A stretch of 64,000 bases of DNA, taken from Bacillota bacterium. GTDB lineage: Bacteria; Bacillota_I; Bacilli_A; Izemoplasmatales; UBA1188. The notes beneath the pieces were generated by a model. It was not told the origin of the DNA, did no database searches, and saw nothing but the letters and a program-made list of their open reading frames with translations. Below, one piece after another: positions 47,008 to 56,726 of the stretch (positions are counted from its first letter, which is position 1; every line of letters starts with the position of its first letter). The translations under genes were made by a program, and so were the position numbers. The stretch lies in assembly GCA_023410715.1 (NCBI GenBank), contig JAEYPN010000014.1:21032-85031 (forward strand), given 5' to 3'.

Positions 47008-48189
47008 ATGAAGAAAAAACAGATTATATTAGCAATTTTATATTTTATATTTGGAATAAGCATAAATTTAGCTCATCCAGTAACTCCAGCATATGTCGAA
47101 TCATTAGAACTACCAAAGTTTATTTTTGGATTTCTATATTCAGCAATGTCACTTGGCGTTGTGATTGGAGCTTTACTTTTTGGTAATTTATCTGATAAAT
47201 TTGGCCGAAAGATTTTTATCATTTTAGGAATGATTGGTTATGCCTTTGGTCAGTTTTGTTTTGGATATTTAAGTATGTATCCTTACTTATTTATTTTTTA
47301 TAGGTTTATTTCCGGATTTTTTATATCTTTTCCGCAGGCTTTATTTATTGCGGAAGCTGCTTCTGTAACAAATAATAGCGGACGAGTAAAATATTTTGGC
47401 TTACTTGCAGCAATTTCTGTGTTATCAGGATCTTTTGGTTATAAAATTGGGGGATTTTTAAATGTAAATGGCATGAGCTTTAAAGGAATATTTAATATTC
47501 AAATTATGGTAAGCTTAGGTTTAGCATTACTTGTCTTATTCTTTTTAAAAAGTAACGCAAAAAATGAAAACAGTAGTAAAAACACAATGATAGCGGGCTT
47601 TAAATACATCTTTAAAGCTAATAAACGTCTTTTATTTCTTCTAATACTTCTAGCAATTATCACAATTGCCCAAACTAATGTGACAAAATATCTTGATGTC
47701 TTAATTACTGATTTATATAATCCCGATGTCTTAGGTAATTTCGTTTTAGCTACATCAATTATAGGGGTTGCAGCTAATGTTTTTATTTTACCTATAATTA
47801 ATCGTAAAGCCAAAGAAAAAGAAACAAAGTATTTATTTATGTTACAGTTAATATCAGGAATAGCAATTTTTATGACCTTTACTATTTTTAGAAGTAAGAT
47901 TTTAATTATGTTGTATTCAGTATTTATGATATATATGATCGTTAAGACCTTGACAACGCCACTTGAAACTGATTTAATATCTCAAGAATCAAAGGAAGAA
48001 AACTATGGTATGATTTTAGGCGCAAGGCAATCTTTCTTAGCGATTGGTCAGGTTATTGGTCCGCTTTTTGGGGGTTTCTTATATGGGGTTAATCCTTATC
48101 TAGTTTTTTACTTTAGTGCATTTTTGTTTTTAATTGTTAGTATTTTCCTTTTAGTATACAATAAGATATATGGAGGCATAATGAAATGA
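47008..48189 (+). CDS. MFS transporter
   Basis: About 12 TM segments, and GNLSDKFGRK (the MFS loop 2-3 motif). The ATG at 47008 lies downstream of the extended -10 TGTTATAAT at 46976-46984. Confidence 0.85.
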   Translation: MKKKQIILAILYFIFGISINLAHPVTPAYVESLELPKFIFGFLYSAMSLGVVIGALLFGNLSDKFGRKIFIILGMIGYAFGQFCFGYLSMYPYLFIFYRFISGFFISFPQALFIAEAASVTNNSGRVKYFGLLAAISVLSGSFGYKIGGFLNVNGMSFKGIFNIQIMVSLGLALLVLFFLKSNAKNENSSKNTMIAGFKYIFKANKRLLFLLILLAIITIAQTNVTKYLDVLITDLYNPDVLGNFVLATSIIGVAANVFILPIINRKAKEKETKYLFMLQLISGIAIFMTFTIFRSKILIMLYSVFMIYMIVKTLTTPLETDLISQESKEENYGMILGARQSFLAIGQVIGPLFGGFLYGVNPYLVFYFSAFLFLIVSIFLLVYNKIYGGIMK

Positions 48190-49463
48190 TTTTCTTAGCA
48201 ACACAATTACCAAGAGAGGTTTTATTCTCTCACATCCTAATTTTAGCTTTCTTATTAATCCTTGGTTTAATCATTGGAAGAATATGTGAAAGATTTAATG
48301 TTCCTAGCATTACTGGATATATCTTATCAGGAATAATTGTCGGCACAATTTTGATATGCTTAGGTAAAGAGCAAATATTCTATGATTTAAAATTTATTTC
48401 AAGCATTGGTTTAGGAATTTTAGCTTATGAAATTGGGACAAGACTTCACATGAAAAAGGTTAAACCAATTCTTTTTGAAGTATCTCTTATTACGATTCTC
48501 CAAGTGATATTTGTGGTTGGGTTTGTTTTCATAGGTCTATTCTTAGCAAAAGCCAAATTAGAAGTAGCTTTAATATTAGGCGCTATCGCGCTTGCGACAT
48601 CACCTGCAACGATGATTGCTATCTCAAGAAAATTTAGGGCTAAAGGTCATTTAACTGATGCCTTAATGCCCCATATTGGTTTTGATGATATTGTAGGAGT
48701 TATAATTTTCTCGATTGCGATATCTTATGCTTCACAAATTTCAAGTGGCGCTACTTATGGCGTCGAAAGTATCCTTGTTAGACCATTACTTGAAATTGTT
48801 TGTTCTATTTTAGCGGGAGCATTACTTGGATTCTTACTTGGACTATTTATTCGTATTGCTAATAAAAAATCAAGAAGTAAAAATGAACTATATTTAGAGG
48901 AAACAATTTTTAGTATTATTTTAATTGTGGCTCTAACTTACGCTGATATTGAAATATTTGGGATTGAATTTGAATTGTCCGCAATCTTAACGCCAATGTT
49001 TATGGGAATATTTTATACGAATATGGTTCCTAAAGATTTACGAAAAGAAATTGATTCAGCTATTGATGGATTTACTCCGCCATTTATCTTAGCATTTTTT
49101 GGTTTAATTGGCGTAGAATTAATTGTAGCGTTCCAAGAGGGAGTTGCTAATCTAAAAGCTGTTTTATTATATTCAGCGATTTATATTGTCCTAAGAGTAG
49201 TAGGTAAAACTTTAGGCGCAATGGTCGGAGGGAAAATCTGCCATGCACCTAAAACAATTTGTAATTATTTAGGCGTTTGTTTATTATCTCAGGCTACTGT
49301 TTCTTTAGGTATGGCTCAGGTAGTATTAAATAGTTTTGACAAGGAAATTGGTCAAACAGTTTTAATTGTTGTCCTTATTTCTGCAGCTGTTTTTGAGTTG
49401 TTTGGGCCAAATATGACACAGTATTTTTTGAAAAAAGCCTGTGAAATAGAAATTCCTTCTTAA
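48186..49463 (+). CDS. Cation:proton antiporter (Na+/H+ exchanger family)
   Basis: 425 aa, polytopic, with composition and length typical of the CPA family. ATGA overlap with the MFS gene. Confidence 0.7.
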   Translation: MIFLATQLPREVLFSHILILAFLLILGLIIGRICERFNVPSITGYILSGIIVGTILICLGKEQIFYDLKFISSIGLGILAYEIGTRLHMKKVKPILFEVSLITILQVIFVVGFVFIGLFLAKAKLEVALILGAIALATSPATMIAISRKFRAKGHLTDALMPHIGFDDIVGVIIFSIAISYASQISSGATYGVESILVRPLLEIVCSILAGALLGFLLGLFIRIANKKSRSKNELYLEETIFSIILIVALTYADIEIFGIEFELSAILTPMFMGIFYTNMVPKDLRKEIDSAIDGFTPPFILAFFGLIGVELIVAFQEGVANLKAVLLYSAIYIVLRVVGKTLGAMVGGKICHAPKTICNYLGVCLLSQATVSLGMAQVVLNSFDKEIGQTVLIVVLISAAVFELFGPNMTQYFLKKACEIEIPS

Positions 49464-49548
49464 TATATTGATGATAAATAAAAATTGTAAAAAAGTCTTT
49501 TATATGATGTGAATATAGTATATAATCTATGAAAAGGAGAGAAAAAAT

Positions 49549-51126
49549 ATGAATTATATTGATATTGCCATTTTAGGAATTTTTGTCTTGTTTTTTGTCA
49601 GTGGGTTCCTTTTTAGAAAATGCGTTAAAACGTTATATCTTTTAATGTTAACTCTTGCTTATATACCTTTAAGTTTTGTTTTATCAGGAATTGTTTTAAA
49701 CGCTTTAGAAAGCGTTGATTTAACAAAAGCAGGGTTACCATTTGCAAGCATTGATGGCTTGATTCCATATATTAGAACCTTGAATCCAACAATAACTGAT
49801 ATGTTTAATGCTTCGCCTGCTTTAACAAGTATTGTAGAAAACTGGTCAGATATTCTAACTAAGTTTATTGGTGCCTATGTAATATTTATTATTTTAGTTA
49901 TTACAACCTTTATTTTTGGTTCAATTGTTTGGTTGGTTATTGGTTTAATCATTCCTAAAAAAATTAAGGAAAAGAAGGTTCGCCTTGTTACTGCGGTTTT
50001 AAACGGTATTAGGGGTGTAGTTATTATTGCGGTATTACTTGTTCCTTTCTACAACTTACGTAATGCAGCAAGCGAATTAGAAAATTTAAACATTATACCA
50101 GAGGAAGATATTGAGATTGTTAAAACATATAATGAACAAACTAATGGTTCAAAATTCTTTGCTTTTGTCGAAAAAAATATTGGTAAGACTATTAATAATA
50201 ATTTAACTTATAAAGAAAATAATAAAGAATATGATATTAATGAAGAAATTTTAGATATGGTTGATATTATTAATGTTGGTTTTGAATCAATGGATTCTTT
50301 TAAAGACTTGGATTTTGACACGAATAACATTAATCCTAAGACTTACGTTGATACATTTGAAAAACTTGACGGTATTTTAACAAAAATTGATTTAACAATT
50401 AGTAATTTAAGAGAGAATTCACAAGTTTCTAATGCAATTTCTGAGCTTGTGCCATTCATTCTTGATGAATACCTAATTAAAGAAATTGATGTATTTAGTT
50501 CTGTTAACTTAGATAATTTAGAATTTACTTCATTTAAAGAAGACGTCGTTCCTCTACTTCTTAAAGGTTTATTAAATAGTTTATCTAGCGATTATCCGTT
50601 CTTAGCTAATATTGAATTTAAAAAGTCTAATGGTTCAGATATGACTTACGCAGAAATTAAAAATGAAATTTTAACTTTAATGAGTATGACAACAGTATTT
50701 AATAGTTTAAGTGGTTTAGCTGATGGTTCACTAAATTTAGAAGATATTGATACTGAAGCGCTTATTGATGCACTAAAATCAGGACAAAATTCTGAACTTG
50801 TAAATACATTAATTACTGATGTTGGTAAAGAATTAAGTGAAGAATTTGATGTTAATATTGATTTAACTGATGTTGATTTTGCATCTGAAGCAGAAATTTT
50901 AGGAAGCTTCATTGATATGGCTAAAGACCCTGAAAGTGTAGAACTAGAAGATATTGCAAACACACTTGTTACTTCATCTGTCGCATTAGAATTAGCAAAA
51001 ACAGCTGACATTCAAGTGGATGTTGAACAAGCAAAGTTTGATGAAATCAAAGCTGAACTTGAAAGTAATGTAAATGCATCACAAGAAAATATAGCTGCAG
51101 TTTTAGCTTTATTTAATGTAAAATAA
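49549..51126 (+). CDS. Membrane protein with CvpA-like N-terminus and a long acidic C-terminal region
   Basis: MNYIDIAILGIFVLFFVSGF resembles the start of CvpA-family proteins. 4-5 TM segments, then about 330 aa rich in D, E and N. Confidence 0.5.
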   Translation: MNYIDIAILGIFVLFFVSGFLFRKCVKTLYLLMLTLAYIPLSFVLSGIVLNALESVDLTKAGLPFASIDGLIPYIRTLNPTITDMFNASPALTSIVENWSDILTKFIGAYVIFIILVITTFIFGSIVWLVIGLIIPKKIKEKKVRLVTAVLNGIRGVVIIAVLLVPFYNLRNAASELENLNIIPEEDIEIVKTYNEQTNGSKFFAFVEKNIGKTINNNLTYKENNKEYDINEEILDMVDIINVGFESMDSFKDLDFDTNNINPKTYVDTFEKLDGILTKIDLTISNLRENSQVSNAISELVPFILDEYLIKEIDVFSSVNLDNLEFTSFKEDVVPLLLKGLLNSLSSDYPFLANIEFKKSNGSDMTYAEIKNEILTLMSMTTVFNSLSGLADGSLNLEDIDTEALIDALKSGQNSELVNTLITDVGKELSEEFDVNIDLTDVDFASEAEILGSFIDMAKDPESVELEDIANTLVTSSVALELAKTADIQVDVEQAKFDEIKAELESNVNASQENIAAVLALFNVK

Positions 51127-51129
51127 CAA

Positions 51130-51153
51130 AAAAGCCCATGGTTTTGGGCTTTT
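51130..51153. terminator. Bidirectional intrinsic terminator between convergent genes
   Basis: AAAAGCCCA-TGGTTT-TGGGCTTTT, flanked by an A-run and a T-run. Overlaps the yidD stop codon. Confidence 0.75.
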
Positions 51154-51394
51154 ATTTTGGTTTTTTCACTTTATATTTAGGAATTGGATCATACCCACCA
51201 TTAGATAGGGGATTACATCTTAAAATTCGCCAAAAAGTCAAAATTGATGCGATGAAAAAATTATATTCTTTATAACAATCAAGAGCATAATTAGAACATG
51301 ATGGTACATATTTACAACGCTTTTTATGATTTCTCGTTGATTCTTGATATTTTTTAATTAGTTTGATTGCAAGTTTATTCACTATAATCACCAT
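51152..51394 (-). CDS. yidD: Membrane protein insertion efficiency factor YidD
   Basis: [30 protein letters not shown] is the hallmark YidD sequence. Confidence 0.9.
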   Translation of the reverse strand: MVIIVNKLAIKLIKKYQESTRNHKKRCKYVPSCSNYALDCYKEYNFFIASILTFWRILRCNPLSNGGYDPIPKYKVKKPK

Positions 51395-51427
51395 TAATAT
51401 TTTATCACACTATGGGTAAAATAACTA

Positions 51428-51952
51428 ATGGTGATTTTTATGTGGTTAATTTTTATTTTAATTATAATATTAATGATTCTTTTTTTACCATTTAGATTTA
51501 GAGTTGTTAACTTAAAAGATGAAACAGATGTGGAACTCACAGTTTTATCAATCATTAAAATTCATTATGATTATGAAATTTTTATTTCGAAATTTTATAA
51601 AAATAAAGATAATGAAGTAAGTCTTGATGTAATTTATAATAATATTTCGAAATTTTTAAAGTCAAGACGCTTAATTAGAAAGCTAGCAAGAGAAATTGTA
51701 ATTAAAAAAGTTATAATATCGAGTAATATTAATGTCCCAGATTCCAATTTTTCCCCTTATGTTTATATTTCTAATTGGTATGCATTAGATCGAATTAGAC
51801 ACACTTTAGTCAGCTATTTTAAAAGAATTGACAATGAATATTATGGAGTAGTTGAAAGTTATAATTCATTAAATCTTGATGTTGATTTTGATGTTTTAAT
51901 TAGTTTTAATCTTTTTTCCCTTTTTTCTGGTTTAATAAAAAAAATATCATAA
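51428..51952 (+). CDS. Membrane-anchored protein, YtfI/DUF2953-like
   Basis: N-terminal TM helix. Placed immediately upstream of a GerW/YtfJ gene, as in Bacillus ytfI-ytfJ. Confidence 0.5.
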   Translation: MVIFMWLIFILIIILMILFLPFRFRVVNLKDETDVELTVLSIIKIHYDYEIFISKFYKNKDNEVSLDVIYNNISKFLKSRRLIRKLAREIVIKKVIISSNINVPDSNFSPYVYISNWYALDRIRHTLVSYFKRIDNEYYGVVESYNSLNLDVDFDVLISFNLFSLFSGLIKKIS

Positions 51953-51977
51953 CTTTTAAAAAAAGGGCAAAATATTA

Positions 51978-52379
51978 ATGGTGAAAAATATGGAAAATCA
52001 AATTAAAGAATTAATGCAGGATTCTCTTACCAGCATCAAAGAAATGATTGATGGTAACAAAATAATGAGTAATCCAATTACCGTTGATGGTAAAATTATT
52101 ATCACAGTTTCAAAGATAAAAGTCGGCTTTGCGAGTGGTGGAACTGAACAAAAGGTTTCATCTAAATCTCAAGAAATGAAAGTACCTTTTGGTGGTGGAG
52201 CTGGAGGTAGTTTATCAATTACTCCAGTCGCTTTTTTAATTGTCGATGGAAAAGTTGAATTACATCACTTAGATGATAAAACCCACATATTAGAGAAATT
52301 AATTGATGAAGTGAGCGACTTAAAAGGCCTTTTTGGTAAAAAGGAATATGATGAAGAAATTGTTAAGGTAATTAAGTAA
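51978..52379 (+). CDS. GerW/YtfJ family sporulation-associated protein
   Basis: ITVSKIKVGFASGGTE...PFGGGAGGSLSITPVAFLIV is characteristic of the YtfJ/GerW family. Confidence 0.8.
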   Translation: MVKNMENQIKELMQDSLTSIKEMIDGNKIMSNPITVDGKIIITVSKIKVGFASGGTEQKVSSKSQEMKVPFGGGAGGSLSITPVAFLIVDGKVELHHLDDKTHILEKLIDEVSDLKGLFGKKEYDEEIVKVIK

Positions 52380-52446
52380 TTTTTTTAAAAAACAAAAGTA
52401 ATCATAAATCTGGGTAATGTTATAATATTCATGGAGGATTTAACAC

Positions 52447-53043
52447 ATGAAAAAAATACTATTACTAGGTGATTCAATTAGAATGGGATATGATGATTTT
52501 GTTAAAGAAATGGCTGCTGGTAAATACGAAGTTTATTATTTTGAATCTGACAATGGAAGGTTTGCCTCATATACTTTATGGCAGGCTAATCAATTACTAA
52601 GAATATATGGTCCTTTTGATTATATCCACTTTAACAATGGTTATTGGGATATGAACCGAGAAGCGCCAATGAACACTCCCTTATCACCAATTCCAGAATA
52701 TTTATCATTCTTAAAAAGAATTATTGATCTTGGTCGTGAAAATGGTGCAGAAGTAATATTTGCGACAACTGTGCCAATATATGAAGATGGAGCCTCTTTA
52801 GACAATACAGGAACATACGCCTCTATTAACTATAAAAATTCTTGGGTTAAAGAATATAATGAAGCAGCTTTAGCTTTAATGAAAGAAGAAAATGTTCCAG
52901 TTAACGATTTATATACCTTAATGCTTAAAGGTGAAAGATATTATAAATGTCAGGATTCTTTACATCTAACTTTAGAGGGCTATAAAGTTTGTGCAAAAGC
53001 AGTTATTGATACAATTGATAATTTAGAGAAAAATAAAAAATAA
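52447..53043 (+). CDS. SGNH/GDSL-family hydrolase
   Basis: LLLGDSIRMGY block I, FNNGYWD block III, and DSLHLT catalytic block. GGAGGA RBS. Confidence 0.75.
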   Translation: MKKILLLGDSIRMGYDDFVKEMAAGKYEVYYFESDNGRFASYTLWQANQLLRIYGPFDYIHFNNGYWDMNREAPMNTPLSPIPEYLSFLKRIIDLGRENGAEVIFATTVPIYEDGASLDNTGTYASINYKNSWVKEYNEAALALMKEENVPVNDLYTLMLKGERYYKCQDSLHLTLEGYKVCAKAVIDTIDNLEKNKK

Positions 53044-53044
53044 G

Positions 53045-53067
53045 ACTACTTGCAAAAGTAGTTTTTT
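53045..53067 (+). terminator. Intrinsic terminator
   Basis: Stem ACTACTT / AAGTAGT, GCAA loop, TTTTT. Confidence 0.7.
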
Positions 53068-53205
53068 AATGAAAATTTGTTTATGTAAAATAACTATTGC
53101 GTTTACTTATTCCTTTAACATATGTAAAATATTTGAATATTGTAATCTAAATTTTTTGACTAGTAAAGACAAATTATGATATAATCTTTAGAGGTGATTA
53201 ATATT

Positions 53206-54129
53206 ATGAACAAAAATAATATTGAAATGTTTTATGACGTCCTAGATGAATCAGCAATGCTCCTTTATGAAAAATTAAAAATGACTTATCTTGATGGAAT
53301 ACTAGATACAGCAAATAATATACTTGCTCATGATGTAGATTATTTTAATTTAAGTGAAGAAGATAATAAAAGCTTAATGGGAAAAATCGAAAAAATAAAA
53401 GACATTAGTTTTACTAATGAAGAAATTAGAAAAGCATTTCAGTTAGCCTTATTAAAAGCTTTTAAACATCAAAAGATTTTATCAAGTGAAATGACTCCAG
53501 ATACAATTGGATTACTCATTTCTTATTTAATAAATAAGTTTGGTTATAAAGGCAAAATAAAATTACTTGATCCACTTGTGGGTACAGGAAATCTTTTATA
53601 TACCGTAGCTAATAATATTGAAGTCGATTCAACTGTTTATGGTATTGATAATAACGAAACATTAATTAAAGTTGCAAATGTATTAAGAGAAATACTTAAT
53701 ATTGATGGTGAATTATATTTTGATGACACAAGACACTTTAATTTAGAAAAAATTGATATTATGGTTTCAGACGTTCCTTATCTTGACGATGTTAAGTATG
53801 ATGTACTGATATCTCATATAAATGACTTAAAAGATTTAGGCTATGCGTTACTAGTTATAGATAACGATTATTTTATGGGCGATAATGCCCTAAAATTAAA
53901 AGAGAAAATCTTTAATAAAATAAGTGTTTTAGGTTTAATAAAATTACCTGATTCGATCTTTAAAGAAAAGGGCAAAAGCATTTTCATCTTAAGAAAGAAT
54001 GAATCACAGATAAAACTATATGAAAAAGTTTTAATCTGTGACTTGCCAAGCTTTACGGATGTTAATGAATTTAATAAAGTAATAAATCAAATCGATTACT
54101 GGTTTTTAGAAAATCAAAAGGAGTATTAA
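53206..54129 (+). CDS. Class I SAM-dependent methyltransferase, YtxK-like (N6-adenine MTase fold)
   Basis: SAM motif LDPLVGTGNLL and a degenerate (D/N)PPY-like motif SDVPY. Sits directly upstream of ackA. The ATG at 53206 follows AGAGGTGA. Confidence 0.7.
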   Translation: MNKNNIEMFYDVLDESAMLLYEKLKMTYLDGILDTANNILAHDVDYFNLSEEDNKSLMGKIEKIKDISFTNEEIRKAFQLALLKAFKHQKILSSEMTPDTIGLLISYLINKFGYKGKIKLLDPLVGTGNLLYTVANNIEVDSTVYGIDNNETLIKVANVLREILNIDGELYFDDTRHFNLEKIDIMVSDVPYLDDVKYDVLISHINDLKDLGYALLVIDNDYFMGDNALKLKEKIFNKISVLGLIKLPDSIFKEKGKSIFILRKNESQIKLYEKVLICDLPSFTDVNEFNKVINQIDYWFLENQKEY

Positions 54130-54131
54130 TT

Positions 54132-55322
54132 ATGAAAATTATGGCAGTAAATTCCGGCTCATCAAGCTTAAAATTTCAATTACTTGAAATGCCAGAAGAA
54201 AAAGTTATTAGCAGTGGGATAGTTGAAAGAATTGGTATTGCAAATTCTGTATTTACTTTAAAATATAATGGTGAAAAGTTTGTTTATACCCAAGACATTA
54301 AAGACCATTCTGTAGCAGTAGATTTACTTTTTAGTAAACTAATTGAATTAAACATTTTAAAAAGCTTTGATGAAATCAAAGGCGTAGGACATCGTGTAGT
54401 TCAAGGTGGAACTTATCCCGATTCTGCGTTAATTGACGAAAAAGTTATTCAAGATATTGATGACTTAGCTGAACTTGGTCCTCTTCATAATCCTGCTCAT
54501 TTAATTGGTATTAGGGCATTTATGAAGTTATTACCAGGTGTACCAAATGTTGCAGTATTTGACACATCATTCCATCAAACAATGGCTCCTGAAGCTTATC
54601 TTTATGGTACGCCATATGAATGGTATACTGAATATAAAGTAAGAAAATATGGAGCACATGGTACATCACATCGTTATGTTTCAAACCGCTGTGCAGAAAT
54701 ACTTGGTAAAGATATTAAAGATACAAAGATTATTGTGGCTCACATCGGCAATGGCGCTAGCTTATGTGCTGTAGACTCTGGTAAAAGCGTTGATACTTCA
54801 ATGGGTATAACTCCACTTGGAGGAATTCCAATGGGTACAAGAACAGGTGATATGGACCCAGCTGTTTTAAGCTTTATGGGTCAAAAACTAAACTTGAATA
54901 CCGCTCAGCTTGTAGAAATCTGCAATAAAAAATCTGGTTATTTAGGTATTAGTGGTGTTTCATCTGATTCACGTGACTTAGATAAAGGTATTAAAGAAGG
55001 AAATAAACGTTGTCAATTAGCTGTTGATGTTCAAGCAAAAAGAATAGTTGACTTCATTGCAAGTTACTATGTATATATGGGCGGAGCTGATGCGATTGTC
55101 TTTACTGCTGGTATTGGTGAAAATGCACCTTTTACAAGAAAGAATATTATTGATCGTTTAGGTGTTCTTGGTATTAAACTTGATGAAGAAGCCAATATTG
55201 ATTGTTACGGCGTTGAAAGATTAATTTCTACTCCAGATTCAAAAATTAAAGTTTTTGTAATCCCAACAAATGAAGAAATTATGATTGCCCGTGATGTAAT
55301 GCGATTAGGTAATTTAAAATAA
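54132..55322 (+). CDS. ackA: Acetate kinase
   Basis: MKIMAVNSGSSSLKFQL N-terminus, GHRVVQGG, VAHIGNGASL, FTAGIGEN. Full length at 396 aa. Confidence 0.95.
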   Translation: MKIMAVNSGSSSLKFQLLEMPEEKVISSGIVERIGIANSVFTLKYNGEKFVYTQDIKDHSVAVDLLFSKLIELNILKSFDEIKGVGHRVVQGGTYPDSALIDEKVIQDIDDLAELGPLHNPAHLIGIRAFMKLLPGVPNVAVFDTSFHQTMAPEAYLYGTPYEWYTEYKVRKYGAHGTSHRYVSNRCAEILGKDIKDTKIIVAHIGNGASLCAVDSGKSVDTSMGITPLGGIPMGTRTGDMDPAVLSFMGQKLNLNTAQLVEICNKKSGYLGISGVSSDSRDLDKGIKEGNKRCQLAVDVQAKRIVDFIASYYVYMGGADAIVFTAGIGENAPFTRKNIIDRLGVLGIKLDEEANIDCYGVERLISTPDSKIKVFVIPTNEEIMIARDVMRLGNLK

Positions 55323-55374
55323 AAGAAAAATAAAAAACATAAAGTAATATCTTTAATGAATAGGAGGAATATTC

Positions 55375-56634
55375 ATGAAAAAGATGCTAGTTATTTTATG
55401 TTTTTTTATTTTATTTAGTTATAGTAATACGGCCTATGGCTTAAGCAATATTTACTATGAAGCTAATACAGAAGATCAAGATACTTTAACTTTAACTAAT
55501 ATAAGCCAAAATGGTTTAAAACTTCATGTAGTAAAAGATGGGGAAAATCCGTTTAAAGTAACGTTTGGGAATGACTATGAATATTATTATCCCAAAGAAT
55601 TTTTTGAGACTGATGATGCCTTTATTGTGTATGGTGAATATTTAGTTAATAGAAACTATAATGGTTTTATCTTAAAATTAAGTAAAACAGGTGAAGTCTT
55701 AAATAGTTTAAAATATGAAGATAATTTGCTTGAAAATGTTATTTGGGGGATAGCTACACCTGATGGTTATATCTTTTATATAGAACAAACAAAAGATATT
55801 AACGACTATTATTACTTTACTAAAGGGACAGTTTTAAAAACTGACCAAGACTTAAACATTATTAAGAAAATTGATTATAACCTAGAAATAAAATGTTTTA
55901 ATTATGTGAATAATCAATATATATTTTCAAAAAACTATTTAGCTACAGCTAATATTGTATTAAATAATGATTTAGAAGCTGAAAGTCTAAATATAAAAGA
56001 TGAATATATTAATGATTCCTTTAGTTTTGATTTTATAGGGGATGCGACACTAAATGGAGAAAAATATTTGCCTAATGAGATAATTAATGTTCCTGGTAAA
56101 TATGAATTACATATAAAAAATGGAAAATTTGAGTTTAATAAAACAATTTATTTAGAACCAAAAGTTTATGGAATTAATGATGGATTAGAAACAAAAACTG
56201 GTGTTAGGATTTACTCTAATGCTCAAGCTATGAAATTAAACGGTGAAGACTTTTTAGGCTACATAGAAATATCTACACCAAATGATTACGAGCTTGAACT
56301 AATATGTGCCAACGGTTATAAAAAGCTTTATAACTTTTCGATTTTGCCAACTGTAAAAAATCTTTCATCTAATAAAATTTACTATAATGAACATACATTA
56401 GAATTTACAGGTACGGGATATTTAAATGATAAAATAATTGAATCAGGGACAAAAATAACAGAAGCTGGTGATTATAATTTTAAATTGTATAAAGGTGAAT
56501 ATTTGGTTGAGGATATTGATTTTTCCCTAGCCAAAACCAAAACTGATAATAAATTTAAATCAATAGCTTTAGATTTAGTTCTTGGAGTAATGACTATATC
56601 TGGCGCAATTCTAGTTTTTAAAAAATATAAATAA
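55375..56634 (+). CDS. Secreted protein with C-terminal TM anchor, unknown function
   Basis: Signal peptide MKKMLVILCFFILFSYSNTAYG, a beta-rich body, and the terminal helix LVLGVMTISGAILVF followed by KKYK. Confidence 0.6.
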   Translation: MKKMLVILCFFILFSYSNTAYGLSNIYYEANTEDQDTLTLTNISQNGLKLHVVKDGENPFKVTFGNDYEYYYPKEFFETDDAFIVYGEYLVNRNYNGFILKLSKTGEVLNSLKYEDNLLENVIWGIATPDGYIFYIEQTKDINDYYYFTKGTVLKTDQDLNIIKKIDYNLEIKCFNYVNNQYIFSKNYLATANIVLNNDLEAESLNIKDEYINDSFSFDFIGDATLNGEKYLPNEIINVPGKYELHIKNGKFEFNKTIYLEPKVYGINDGLETKTGVRIYSNAQAMKLNGEDFLGYIEISTPNDYELELICANGYKKLYNFSILPTVKNLSSNKIYYNEHTLEFTGTGYLNDKIIESGTKITEAGDYNFKLYKGEYLVEDIDFSLAKTKTDNKFKSIALDLVLGVMTISGAILVFKKYK

Positions 56635-56639
56635 AATTT

Positions 56640-56670
56640 AAGATCCTAGTAATAGGGTCTTTATTTTTAA
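56640..56670 (+). terminator. Intrinsic terminator
   Basis: Stem AAGATCCT / AGGGTCTT (one G-U pair), then TATTTTT. Confidence 0.5.
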
Positions 56671-56726
56671 TATAAAATACCATAAACTATAGATAAGTAT
56701 GTTATAATTAATTAGAGGTGGTATTC

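Noticed and set aside
46950-47186. 78-aa plus-strand ORF overlapping the start of the MFS gene
   Set aside because: It is out of frame with the MFS transporter and overlaps it. Its composition looks like translated AT-rich promoter DNA. The extended -10 promoter element lies inside it.
50646-51011. 121-aa minus-strand Ser-rich ORF
   Set aside because: It is the antisense shadow of the acidic (GAA/GAT-rich) C-terminal region of 49549-51126. It has no independent start signals.
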